This document shows, one piece after another, positions 9,249 to 18,730 of a DNA stretch of 64,000 bases (position 1 is the stretch's first letter; the number at the start of each line of letters is the position of its first letter). The notes under the pieces were generated by a model. The model did not search any database and was not told the DNA's origin. It worked only from the letters and a program-made list of their open reading frames with translations. A program made the translations under genes and the position numbers. Where the stretch lies: NCBI GenBank assembly GCA_001798855.1, contig MGQQ01000104.1, positions 1,093-65,092 of the forward strand. The letters are read 5' to 3'. The DNA is from Deltaproteobacteria bacterium RBG_16_49_23. Lineage in GTDB: Bacteria > Desulfobacterota > BSN033 > UBA1163.

Positions 9249-9476
9249 ATGATGAAGAATCAGATCAACGCGCAGGATCAATTTCTCAATAAGGTCCGGA
9301 GGGACCGGAGCCCTGTTGTTGTAGAGCTGACTGCCGGTCGCAAACTCGAAGGGGTCATTCACAGTTTTGACAACTTCTGTCTCATCCTTCGAAGCAAGGG
9401 GGATGAATTGATCTATAAGCACGCCATCTCCTCGATTACCACGGGTGAAAAAATAGAATTATTCGAAGAGAAATAG
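9249..9476 (+). CDS. hfq: RNA chaperone Hfq
   Basis: Sm-like sequence with the YKHAISS motif. It sits immediately downstream of miaA, the conserved position. Confidence 0.9.
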   Translation: MMKNQINAQDQFLNKVRRDRSPVVVELTAGRKLEGVIHSFDNFCLILRSKGDELIYKHAISSITTGEKIELFEEK

Positions 9477-9544
9477 GATGAAGGAGAATCCATTCCAAAT
9501 GTCAAAACAGGCCTCCCTCAGGGGGCCTATGGCCTGGACCGACC

Positions 9545-10132
9545 ATGATGAACGAACATGCTCTCAAACCAATACTTGAAGGCATTCTGTTTGTATCGGA
9601 TTCTCCGGTGAAACTGGATGCCCTGACAGAGATTCTCCACGAATGGGACAGGGAAGCCCTTTTAGATGGAATCCAGCAGGTCAAGAAGGGGTACGAGGAG
9701 GATTCGAGAGGGTTGGAACTGGTGGAAGTGGCAGGGGGGTACCAGTTTCGAACAAAACCTCAATGGGCTCAATGGGTCAACCGGCTGAAGAAATCGAAGC
9801 CGGTGAAATTAAGCCAATCCGCGCTGGAGACGCTGGCCATCATTGCCTACCGGCAACCCGTGATCCGGCCGACGATCGAGGAGATCCGGGGAGTGGATTC
9901 GGGATGGGTAATCCGGTCCCTCCTGGAGAAGGGGCTGATACGGATTGTGGGAAGGAAAGAGATTCCCGGACGGCCACTCATTTACGGGACCACCAAAACT
10001 TTTCTCGAACTCTTCAACCTCAATACCCTCTCCGACCTTCCCACCCTTAAGGAAGTCGAGTCCCCTCCGGAGCCGGAAACGATCCTCAAAGAAGAAGGCT
10101 CGCCGCCATCCGCAGATGAAGCGGAACAATAG
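9545..10132 (+). CDS. scpB: Segregation and condensation protein B ScpB
   Basis: ILEGILFVSDSPV and TLAIIAYRQPVIRPTIEEIRGV winged-helix repeats. Confidence 0.85.
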   Translation: MMNEHALKPILEGILFVSDSPVKLDALTEILHEWDREALLDGIQQVKKGYEEDSRGLELVEVAGGYQFRTKPQWAQWVNRLKKSKPVKLSQSALETLAIIAYRQPVIRPTIEEIRGVDSGWVIRSLLEKGLIRIVGRKEIPGRPLIYGTTKTFLELFNLNTLSDLPTLKEVESPPEPETILKEEGSPPSADEAEQ

Positions 10133-10140
10133 GAAACTCC

Positions 10141-10926
10141 ATGGGGTTTGAGAGAATTCAGAAGATACTGGCCAGGGCCGGGGTCGCCTCAAGAAGAGAA
10201 GCAGAGAGAATGGTGCTTGAGGGAAGGGTGGTGGTCAATGGCAAGGTTGTCGATCAGGCCGGTTTCAAAGCCGACCCCCTAAAAGATCATATCAAGGTAG
10301 ACGGGAAAAGGTTATTCCGGCCTGAACCCAAGATCACACTCCTCCTGAATAAACCAAAGGGTTATCTCTCCACCGTTAAAGACCCTGCAAGAAGGCCCAC
10401 GGTCATGGACCTGCTCAAAGGGGTAAAGTGGAGGGTCTATCCACTGGGACGCCTTGATTTCGATGCGGAGGGACTTCTCTTCCTGACCAATGATGGCGAT
10501 CTTGCCTACCAGCTCTCCCACCCGAAGTTTTCAATCCCCAGAACTTACTGGGCCAAAGTGGAAGGTGTTCCTGAGAAGGAGGAGTTGATGAGGTTGAAGA
10601 AGGGAGTGATGCTTGAAGATGGTATGGCGAGGGCTGTCTCTGTCCATATCCTCCGCCAGATGGAGAAGCATAGCTGGGTTGAAGCAGTGGTCACAGAGGG
10701 AAGAAACCGTCTGGTGAAGAGGATGTTTTCAGCCATTGGCCATCCGGTCCGCAAGTTGAAACGGATTCGATTCGGGCCGATCAGGCTGGGAAATCTCCCC
10801 GTCGGCCAGTGCCGCCCTCTTACCGATGAGGAGGTAGAAAAGCTTAAGCAAATCAGTTCGGAGTCCGGAGTTCGGAGAAAAAATGTTATGGCTCATCGTG
10901 GAAGTGAGTGGGTAAAAACCTCATGA
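10141..10926 (+). CDS. rluB: rRNA pseudouridine synthase (RluB/RsuA family)
   Basis: S4 domain RIQKILARAGVASRREAERMV followed by a GRLDFDAEGLLFLTNDG catalytic-Asp motif. Confidence 0.88.
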   Translation: MGFERIQKILARAGVASRREAERMVLEGRVVVNGKVVDQAGFKADPLKDHIKVDGKRLFRPEPKITLLLNKPKGYLSTVKDPARRPTVMDLLKGVKWRVYPLGRLDFDAEGLLFLTNDGDLAYQLSHPKFSIPRTYWAKVEGVPEKEELMRLKKGVMLEDGMARAVSVHILRQMEKHSWVEAVVTEGRNRLVKRMFSAIGHPVRKLKRIRFGPIRLGNLPVGQCRPLTDEEVEKLKQISSESGVRRKNVMAHRGSEWVKTS

Positions 10927-10949
10927 AGATATGGCTATCATCCTTATTA

Positions 10950-11015
10950 TCCCCCTTTGGAAAAGGGGGGCGACCTGCCTGCGCGAAGCCGCTTCGGCGA
11001 AGGCAGGGGGGGGAT
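10950..11015. repeat. Repeat family A element (ccccctttggaaaagggggg plus the cctgcctgcgcgaagccgcttcggcgaaggcagg hairpin)
   Basis: The cctgcctgcgcgaagccgcttcggcgaaggcagg module recurs at 24488, 27528, 45065 and 52620. Confidence 0.7.
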
Positions 11016-11123
11016 TTTAAGAACAAATGTTTTCTAAGGTTCTTCGGTTTTTCGACAGGGAAGTCTTTGAGAGTACGGACGGAGTGATGGAAGGGATATG
11101 GAGTTGTTTATGATTTATAAAAT

Positions 11124-11190
11124 CTCCCCTTACCCCTCTTTTCCAAAGAGGGGTAAAAAAGAGAACTCTTTGTTAAAGAGGGGGTGAGAA
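11124..11190. repeat. Repeat family A element (cccctcttttccaaagagggg hairpin)
   Basis: Opens with aaaatctcccc. The hairpin matches other family A copies. Confidence 0.6.
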
Positions 11191-11278
11191 AAGGCAGAAA
11201 TGCCCCACTCGATTACGCGAAGAGCCATTTTTATAAACCGAACTAATCGCTCTGAACTCCTGACGAAAAGGTTTCAAA

Positions 11279-11851
11279 ATGATTACCGGCATCGAAATTA
11301 AGAGAAAGATGGTTCATCTGGCCACTCTGGTCATTCCAGCCGGCTATGGATTCACCTCCGATACAATCGTTCTGACTTTCCTCATCCCTTTCTTTTTCTT
11401 GTACCTTGTGGTCGATCTTCTTCGCCATTTTCACCCAGGATTGGCTTCCCTGTTCCGGAAGCATTTTTTCGGAAGGGTGCTCAGGGAGGCAGAGAAACCG
11501 ACGCTGATGGGCTCAACCTATTTCCTCTTTTCCTCCATCCTGACGATCCTCCTCTTTCCCAAGCCGATTGCCATTGCAAGTTTGCTGATCCTCATCCTCT
11601 CGGACACGGCGGCGGCTCTTGTGGGAAAAGGTTTTGGAAGAATTCCGGTCTTCGGGAAGACGCTTGAAGGGAGCATGGCCTTCTTCTTCTCCTCTCTTCT
11701 GATCGTCTGGATCTCTCCGGGTCTGGACCGGCTCTCAGGAAGTTTTGCCGCACTTGGAGCCGCGTTGATTGAGGCGCTTCCCATCCCGCTGGACGATAAC
11801 CTCACTATCCCTCTGGTTGCCGGGGCCATCATGTTTTTCGGAACGGGATAA
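11279..11851 (+). CDS. Polytopic membrane protein, CTP-transferase/dolichol-phytol kinase-like (CdsA/SEC59 superfamily)
   Basis: 190 aa with about 6 hydrophobic segments. The LSDTAAALVGKGFG motif resembles cytidylyltransferase-family motifs. Confidence 0.4.
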   Translation: MITGIEIKRKMVHLATLVIPAGYGFTSDTIVLTFLIPFFFLYLVVDLLRHFHPGLASLFRKHFFGRVLREAEKPTLMGSTYFLFSSILTILLFPKPIAIASLLILILSDTAAALVGKGFGRIPVFGKTLEGSMAFFFSSLLIVWISPGLDRLSGSFAALGAALIEALPIPLDDNLTIPLVAGAIMFFGTG

Positions 11852-12710
11852 GGGAGGGAATTTTCTCCAAGCCTGCGAAGATGTTCTTGATCTCATTTTC
11901 CGAGCTAATTTCCGCAATGGCTGAATGGATTTTTAACTCATCAAAAAGAAATGAGAAGGCCTCCTCCGGTCTCTCAGAAAGTCCTCCCTCGGCGAGAGAA
12001 TCGAGGCTGATGACAGGCTTGTCAAACTTTTTGATCATGTCGCATGCCTTATCGAGATCGAAAAGGCTCTTCTTCTTATTGATAGGGATGGCATAACCCG
12101 CTACATCAAGGGGTTTTGCCTTTGGCAAGACAAAGGTCGCCCACTGGCCTGAGAAGATGGGTATGAAACCTTTTCTTCGTGTTTCCGACACCATCTCCTT
12201 CAGGAGGTCGCTCCTTCCCAGCCCCAGGAGCCAGTCGCCATACTTTCCCCCAATCAGAAGAAACGGAACTCCGTTGAGTCGGAAGGTGGAAAGGGCCTGG
12301 TCGAAGCGGTCCGGGTCAAACCTCATCCGGTCAATCTCTTTCTGTGTCAACACTTCACCGAAAGAGCGGCCAGGAAAGAGTTTACCGACCGAATCCGGGG
12401 GGACAACATTTCTTACGATCGTCGAGATCACCTTCGATTCAAACTGACGAAGGGGTTTCCCTGTGAGGGAGACTCCGGACTCCGCTTCAATATGGCCGAA
12501 CCCTTTTAAGGCTTCATCCCCTGTCGACTCCCTTAATGTTTCAAAAGATTCGAGGTGTCGGACTGTGGGGAGATCAAAACACCATGCTCCCATTTCATAG
12601 ACCCTCTCCATCAGGGGATAGATATTCTGAGCGATAGGAGCGGGAGGCCGTATGGCAAAGATGACTCTCGAAATCTTGTTTCTTTCCAAAGTTGCGATGG
12701 GAAGATGCAT
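11829..12710 (-). CDS. Hypothetical protein
   Basis: 293-aa ORF. It overlaps the 3' end of the convergent membrane-protein gene by 23 nt. No recognised motif. Confidence 0.4.
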   Translation of the reverse strand: MHLPIATLERNKISRVIFAIRPPAPIAQNIYPLMERVYEMGAWCFDLPTVRHLESFETLRESTGDEALKGFGHIEAESGVSLTGKPLRQFESKVISTIVRNVVPPDSVGKLFPGRSFGEVLTQKEIDRMRFDPDRFDQALSTFRLNGVPFLLIGGKYGDWLLGLGRSDLLKEMVSETRRKGFIPIFSGQWATFVLPKAKPLDVAGYAIPINKKKSLFDLDKACDMIKKFDKPVISLDSLAEGGLSERPEEAFSFLFDELKIHSAIAEISSENEIKNIFAGLEKIPSLIPFRKT

Positions 12711-12881
12711 TACCCATCATTTTATACTCTTCTTCCCTCTTTTTCAATTACCGTGCCGAGGGACAAGGCAAAGCATTGCCTTTTCATAAAAATTGATTAG
12801 AGAGAATAGAAAAGGAGAAGGTTCTTTTTTGCTATGTTTTTTGCTATTGCCAAGGAATCATTTTTTTGATAATAGAAGACT

Positions 12882-13409
12882 ATGCGATTGGATAAGGGGC
12901 TGAGGGAAGTCTTAAAATTGGGGGTAAAGACGCTGGTCCTTCAGGAGGTTAGATACCTCCGGATGGAGCGGTCCTTCACTCCTGAGATTATACTGGACGA
13001 GGTTTCCCGGTCGATTGCGGAGACGAAGAGGGAGATCGTCGGGTTGACTCGGACCATCAGACCTCAGGAGAGGGCCTCTCTCCTGAGAAGAATGGCCCGG
13101 CAGGCGCTGGATGAAGAGATTGAACGGGCGATTCAACTGAGAAAGAATCGATGTCTCCGCTGTACCCATGGAAGATTTTACGATGAATGCGGAACGGCCT
13201 TTAAGTCTCTTCCAAGCGCTTCTAATCGTGTTTGGGCCATAGGGTGCGATCAGCTTCGTCCCGGCCTCAGAAAATCCTGCCGGAGATTTGTGGAAACCTC
13301 CACCGCCCCCTCACTCGGAGACCACCTTGATGAGATGAACCTCCTCTATGAATTCAGGGATTTGATCGATCGGATCAACGAAATCTGGAAGGACTACCTT
13401 ACGACATAA
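12882..13409 (+). CDS. Hypothetical Cys-containing protein
   Basis: 175 aa with CLRCTHG...C...C...C spacing that could bind a metal. No known family recognised. Confidence 0.4.
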   Translation: MRLDKGLREVLKLGVKTLVLQEVRYLRMERSFTPEIILDEVSRSIAETKREIVGLTRTIRPQERASLLRRMARQALDEEIERAIQLRKNRCLRCTHGRFYDECGTAFKSLPSASNRVWAIGCDQLRPGLRKSCRRFVETSTAPSLGDHLDEMNLLYEFRDLIDRINEIWKDYLTT

Positions 13410-13490
13410 CGCATAGCGCAGAGCGCTTAGCGCATAGCGTCTTAAATCCCAAAGAACAAATCCTAAATCAAATCCAATACTCAAACCTTC

Positions 13491-13685
13491 TTATTAATCA
13501 GTCCATAATAGAGAAGACATACTCTTCTGAAAATCTCCCCTAGCCCCTCTTTGCCCTCCGGGCCAGAGGCCCTATGGGCCGGCGGCCAAAGAGGGTATAA
13601 TTCCTCCCTTTGGAAAAGGGAGGTGAGGAGGGATTTTATAAAATAGTGTCGTTATTATTATGGACTGATTAATAACAAAAAGCTC
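13491..13685. repeat. Composite repeat: family H arm, family A GC-rich core, inverted family H arm
   Basis: ttattaatcagtccataatagagaagacata ... cccctagcccctctttgccctccgggcc...gggattttat ... ttattatggactgattaataa. Confidence 0.65.
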
Positions 13686-13772
13686 TCTTCCCTATTTTTT
13701 AAAGAGAGCTTTTAGATTTGGCTCTTTTTCTTATCGATTACCCTATGCGCCATGCTCTATGCGCTTTGCGTT

Positions 13773-16349
13773 TTAGGCGACTGCTTCTGCCACCAATTCC
13801 GTAATGTCCATCACCTTTATCTTGCCCTTCTTCTCCTTCCGGATTCTAGCGGCAGCCAGCTGGAGATTGCCCTTGCAGGCCGGGCAGGCGGAGACGATCG
13901 TATCCGCACCGACCTCAAGGGCTTCGAGACCTCGCTGATAGGCGATCTCGCCGGAGAGCTCGGTATTGAACGCTTTCATCCCTCCGCCACCCCCGCAACA
14001 TTTGGCCAGTAAACGGTTATTCTTGAATTCGATCAGCGTGACTCCGGGAACTTTCTTGATCAATTCTCTCGGAGGCTCGAAGATATTGAGATGGCGGCCA
14101 AGGTCGCACGGGTCGTGGTAGGCCACCTTCATCGCATTCCCATCCTTGAGCTTCAATTTCCCACTCTGAATCAATTGATCGAGGTAGTCGATTGCATGAA
14201 GCACCGGTGTATTGAAAGAGAGGTGTTTGGGATAAATCTCTTTAAAGGTCTTATAACAGCCTGCACAGGTGGTCATAATCTGCTTGGGTTGAATTTTGGA
14301 GAAAGCCTCGACATTCTTCTTTCCCACCTCCTTGAATTCCTCGGTCCCCACAAGGTAGGAGATATATCCGCAGCAATTTTCGTCTTTTCCCAGGGCGGTA
14401 TATGAGACTCCGGCTCTGTCGAGGATATTCATGAGATTGGGCACCAGGTTGATATCCTGGTAGGAGGCAACGCAGCCGGGAAAGAAGAGGATATCGACCG
14501 GCCCCTTCTTGGGTTGAAAAGTTGACGGATAGACATCGGTCCGCTTCTCCCTGGGTTCTCCGAAGGGGTTCCCGGTCGCTTTCAAATTCTGCATCAGTGT
14601 CTTATGGATTTCAGGAAGAAATCCGGCCTCGACCAGTTTCCGGCGTCCTGCTTCCACAATCTCAGAGACGACCACGCCGGCAGGGCAGGTCGACTTACAG
14701 TTCAGGCAGGTTGTGCAGAGGTAGAATTTTTCCGCCACCTCTTTGGAAGGCTCAAGCAACCCTTTCATCATATAGTAAGCCTGAATAACCCTTCCACGGG
14801 CGTTTTCCGATTCCAGACCCGTACGGGCATAAACCGTACAGCCTGCCCGGCAGAACCCGCAGTTGATGCAGGCAAAGATCTCGTTATCGACCGCCTGCCC
14901 GAAACTCTTGATCTGGTCCGGGGTGTCCACAAATTCTTGATACGTAAAATGGTCGAAAATATCTTTGGCAGCATTGTCAAAGCCCATTTTCCCCGGGTTG
15001 AGTATGTTCTTAGGGTCGAGCGCTTTCTTGATCGTTTTCATCACCTCATGGCTTAGCCCCAGCTCTTTATGAATAAAGGAGGCTTTGGCCACACCGATTC
15101 CATGTTCCGCCGTCAGGGTTCCTTTAAATTTTAAAGTGAGGTCAATAAACTCCTGAGCAATGGGCTTCACTTTTTCCCATTCCTTCTTATTCCGGCCGTC
15201 AATGATCAGGGTGGCATGGAGATTCCCATCGCCGATATGGCCGAAGATGGGGATGGGGAAGTCGTATTTATCGCGGATCTTCTGGAGCTCTCGTATCGTT
15301 TCCGGGATCTTGGACATGGGAACGCCAAAATCCTCCACAAAGGGGATCAGCTTTGCTCCTCTTCTAACTTTCGAAAGGGAAGGCACAAGACCCTGGCGTC
15401 CTGCCCACATCTTTAAGCGTTTTGCCGGGTCGTCATCCCACTGGTTGCCCAGGCCGTTGCATTCCTTTGAGATTCGATCGATCTTCTGGATGTTTTCTTT
15501 GACTGCCTGCTTGTTTCCATCCATCTCGATAAAAAGAAGGCATTCTACATTATCAGGAATATTGAGATCCATGGCCTTATTGACCACATCGATGGAGAGC
15601 CGGTCCAAAATTTCGCAAGAGGAGAGAGGGATGCCCGAGGTGATGATTTCTTCGGCCGCTTTCCCTGCGTCTTCGACCGAAGGAAACCGGGCCTGGGCAA
15701 AGGCAATATATTCCGGTACGGGGAGGACCTTGACCGTGACCTCCGTAATCACCCCGAGGGTTCCTTCGGCACGGCAGAAGAGATGGGCGAGATCGTATCC
15801 AGAAGAGGTTTTGGGAACAATTGAGCCCGTTTTCATGATTCTGCCATCTGCCAGAACAACCTCCAGGCCCATGATGTAGTCTTTGGTTGCGCCATATTTG
15901 ATCGCCCGGTTGCCGCTGGCATTGGTGGAGACCATCCCGCCAATGGAGGCAATGGTGGCGCTTCCGGGATCGGGTGGAAAGAAATGGGTAGGAGCAAGGG
16001 CGTTGTTCAAATGCTGGCAGATGACCCCCGGCTCCACAACAGCATAGCCATCCATTTTCTGGATCTCTTTGATCTTATTCATCCGGCTGACATCGAGGAT
16101 GATGCCCCCGAAACAGGCCAGGACAGCGCCGGTCGTGCTGGTTCCCGATCCCCTGGGGATGATCTTGATATCGTTTTCAGAGGCAAATTTGAGAATCTTT
16201 GACACCTCCTCGGTCGTCTTCGCAAAGACGATGGCATCGGGAATGCCCTCATGGACAGACATGTCCCGCGAAAAGCAGAGCCGTTCGATCTGATCCGTCT
16301 TCACATTCTTCTCGCCTACGATGTTGATCAATTCTTTGATGGTATCCAC
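13773..16349 (-). CDS. Fused FAD-linked oxidase (GlcD-like) and Fe-S/CCG-domain (GlcF/GlpC-like) oxidoreductase, YdiJ/D-2-hydroxyacid dehydrogenase-like
   Basis: N-terminal FAD_binding_4-like region (KIIPRGSGTSTTGA). The C-terminal part has CxxCxxCxxxCP ferredoxin motifs and CCG motifs (CCGGGGG). Confidence 0.75.
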   Translation of the reverse strand: MDTIKELINIVGEKNVKTDQIERLCFSRDMSVHEGIPDAIVFAKTTEEVSKILKFASENDIKIIPRGSGTSTTGAVLACFGGIILDVSRMNKIKEIQKMDGYAVVEPGVICQHLNNALAPTHFFPPDPGSATIASIGGMVSTNASGNRAIKYGATKDYIMGLEVVLADGRIMKTGSIVPKTSSGYDLAHLFCRAEGTLGVITEVTVKVLPVPEYIAFAQARFPSVEDAGKAAEEIITSGIPLSSCEILDRLSIDVVNKAMDLNIPDNVECLLFIEMDGNKQAVKENIQKIDRISKECNGLGNQWDDDPAKRLKMWAGRQGLVPSLSKVRRGAKLIPFVEDFGVPMSKIPETIRELQKIRDKYDFPIPIFGHIGDGNLHATLIIDGRNKKEWEKVKPIAQEFIDLTLKFKGTLTAEHGIGVAKASFIHKELGLSHEVMKTIKKALDPKNILNPGKMGFDNAAKDIFDHFTYQEFVDTPDQIKSFGQAVDNEIFACINCGFCRAGCTVYARTGLESENARGRVIQAYYMMKGLLEPSKEVAEKFYLCTTCLNCKSTCPAGVVVSEIVEAGRRKLVEAGFLPEIHKTLMQNLKATGNPFGEPREKRTDVYPSTFQPKKGPVDILFFPGCVASYQDINLVPNLMNILDRAGVSYTALGKDENCCGYISYLVGTEEFKEVGKKNVEAFSKIQPKQIMTTCAGCYKTFKEIYPKHLSFNTPVLHAIDYLDQLIQSGKLKLKDGNAMKVAYHDPCDLGRHLNIFEPPRELIKKVPGVTLIEFKNNRLLAKCCGGGGGMKAFNTELSGEIAYQRGLEALEVGADTIVSACPACKGNLQLAAARIRKEKKGKIKVMDITELVAEAVA

Positions 16350-16848
16350 GGTTTCCTCCCTTTCTAATAAATGTTAAGCACGAATATCGAAGCTCGAAAT
16401 TCGTTACAAATCCGAATGACCAAAATGCAAATGATCACTTTGTGATATTCTCTCCGCCCGGTTCTTTTTCAAAGAGGAACTTGAAATGGGGATCGAGATC
16501 TCTTGAATAGATCATATTATATGAATGCAATGCTAAAGTTGAAATGTCAACTGATAAAAGTTCTTTTTATCACAATGTATTCCGGGGAGAAACCGTAACA
16601 CCCTGTTAAAGCTCGCAGGGCAAGGCCCTGCCGCAGGAGCCTTGCATGAGAGGCGACCCTAAAGGGCTGCCCTACGATTAAATTTATAAAATCGCTCAAT
16701 TTAGGTAAAAATTATTTGAGCAAAAATTCACAGGTTGTATATAATATTTATATAGTTCGGTCAAGCCCTTTTGGGGCCAGATAAAAAAAACTTGTTAACT
16801 TACGATTTTTATTGTATATAGCCACAAAAAAAGAAAGGAGGTCTTTTA

Positions 16849-17277
16849 ATGAAAATCGAAGGCTATCTATTTCCTGATGATCTGTACTACCACAAAGAAC
16901 ATTTCTGGGCCAGGGTTGAAGGAAATACGGTCACCGTGGGCACAACCGATTTTGCTCAGAAGTTAGCTGGCGATATTGTCTTTGTTGAGCTTCCCTCTTC
17001 GGGCAAAACGATTGAGCAAGGGAAACCCTGCGGGTCGATGGAATCTGGAAAGTGGGTCGGGAGAATCTATGCTCCTATCTCCGGAAAAGTGGAGTCCTCC
17101 AATGAGGAACTGGAAGATTCTCCTGAGCTGGTCAACGAAAGCCCCTACGAGAAAGGATGGATATTTAAGGTCAGCCCCTCCAATCTTCAGGAAGACCTCA
17201 AGAACTTAATGAAGGTGGATGCATTAGGAGATTTCATCAAGTCGGAAGTCGAGCGGGTAAAGAAGACGAAGGGATAG
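16849..17277 (+). CDS. Glycine-cleavage H-protein-like lipoyl-carrier protein
   Basis: GcvH fold signature (HFWARVEGNTVTVGTTDFAQ). The SMESGKWVGRIYAPISGKV stretch aligns with the ESVK lipoyl-lysine region of GcvH. Confidence 0.7.
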   Translation: MKIEGYLFPDDLYYHKEHFWARVEGNTVTVGTTDFAQKLAGDIVFVELPSSGKTIEQGKPCGSMESGKWVGRIYAPISGKVESSNEELEDSPELVNESPYEKGWIFKVSPSNLQEDLKNLMKVDALGDFIKSEVERVKKTKG

Positions 17278-17374
17278 AAACGTTTCTTAGAGAAATTGAC
17301 CTTGAATTGTATTATAGTTTTAGGGGGGCTGAATTAAAGAATCGACAGGGGTTTCAGCTCCTCTAAACTTTTAT

Positions 17375-18559
17375 ATGGATCTCTCCAAATTATCCCCCAA
17401 ACAGTTACTGGAAATCGATGCCTGCACCCGCTGCGGTGAGTGTCTCCGTTTCTGCCCGATTTACTCCCAGAAAGGCGAAGAGGGGATCAACCCGAGGGGG
17501 AAAATCCAGGCGATAAAAAAATTCATCAGGGCACAGTACGGCCTATTGGCAAAGCTGTTTGGGCCGAGGAAATTGAGCGAGGAGGATTTAAAGAAGTTTT
17601 CTGAAATGGTCTATCGGTGCACCCTGTGCGGAGAGTGCGGCTTACAGTGTCCTGTCTCCATCGATTCGAGAAGCCTCTGGCTTGCCCTGAAAGAGGTTCT
17701 GGTTGACCTGGGCCACTACCCCAAAAACATCGAACTGATGAAGAACAATGTCCTATCCAAGTACAACATCTCCGGCGAGGACAATGCTTTAAGAGTAGAA
17801 TGGCTGGAAGCCATGGAGGGTCTCCCGGATCACCAGTATCAAAAGGAGAAGGCAGAGGTCGTCTTTTTTGTAGGGTGTGTCTCCTCTTACTACCCCATGG
17901 CTCACAAAATTCCTCAAAGTTTTATCAGGATTCTGGATCGTTTAAAGATCGATTTTACCCTTCTGGGAGGGGCGGAGTGGTGTTGCGGGTTTCCCCTCAT
18001 CGGTGCGGGTTTCAAAAAAGAGGTTCAGAAGTTGATCCGGCATAATATCGAAGGGGTAAAAGAGAAAGGGGCGGATTCTGTCATCTTCTCCTGCCCTTCG
18101 TGTTACCATACCTGGCATGAGGATTATAAGACCGATTTAAAACTCTTCGATTCCACACAATTTATTTTAAAGCTGATTCAAGAGGGAAGGATTTCGTTTA
18201 AAGAGGGAAGGGTAAAGGTCACCTATCATGATCCCTGTGACCTGGGAAGGGCCAGCGGCATCTACGAAGCTCCCAGAGCGATTCTTCGGGCCATGCCAGG
18301 GGTGGAATTAGTTGAACTGCCTAACCATGCGGAGAAGTGTAAGTGCTGCGGCGGAGGAGGCCTTCTTGAAATGGTCGACCCAGAACTGGGAGCCGCTCTT
18401 GCCAGAGAGAAGATCAAGGAGATTCAAGGAACCGGAGCAGAGCTCGTGGTTACTTCCTGCCAGCAGTGTGTCCGGACCATCCTATCCACTTCTCGAAGAA
18501 TGAAAATTCCATTAAAGACCTCCTACATCACGGAATTCGTTCTGAAGCAGATGGCGTAA
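17375..18559 (+). CDS. HdrD/GlpC-like Fe-S protein with two [4Fe-4S] motifs and two CCG domains
   Basis: CTRCGECLRFCP and CTLCGECGLQCP ferredoxin motifs. CCG domains are VGCVSS...EWCCGFP and SCPSCYH...CKCCGGGG...SCQQC. Confidence 0.75.
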   Translation: MDLSKLSPKQLLEIDACTRCGECLRFCPIYSQKGEEGINPRGKIQAIKKFIRAQYGLLAKLFGPRKLSEEDLKKFSEMVYRCTLCGECGLQCPVSIDSRSLWLALKEVLVDLGHYPKNIELMKNNVLSKYNISGEDNALRVEWLEAMEGLPDHQYQKEKAEVVFFVGCVSSYYPMAHKIPQSFIRILDRLKIDFTLLGGAEWCCGFPLIGAGFKKEVQKLIRHNIEGVKEKGADSVIFSCPSCYHTWHEDYKTDLKLFDSTQFILKLIQEGRISFKEGRVKVTYHDPCDLGRASGIYEAPRAILRAMPGVELVELPNHAEKCKCCGGGGLLEMVDPELGAALAREKIKEIQGTGAELVVTSCQQCVRTILSTSRRMKIPLKTSYITEFVLKQMA

Positions 18560-18606
18560 ACGTTATTTAACAGTCTCAAAATAGTTAAGGCATCGATTTG
18601 TAAAAT

Positions 18607-18678
18607 CCCTCCTAACCTCCCTTTTCCTAAGGGAGGGATTACCCCTCTTTGGCAAAGAGGGGGGAGGGGAGATTTTCC
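18607..18678. repeat. Repeat family A element
   Basis: aaaatccctcctaacctcccttttcctaagggagggattacccctctttggcaaagaggggggaggggagattttcc. A near-copy without the second hairpin is at 51681-51728. Confidence 0.7.
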
Positions 18679-18730
18679 AATGTTTATGTCAATTCAATTT
18701 TGAGATTGTTAATACATCAAGAGTGTTTTT

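Noticed and set aside
16380-16848. Glycine riboswitch upstream of the GcvH-like gene
   Set aside because: The characteristic GGAGAG ... CACCGAAGGGGCAA-like conserved segments were not found. The region appears to be an AT-rich promoter region.
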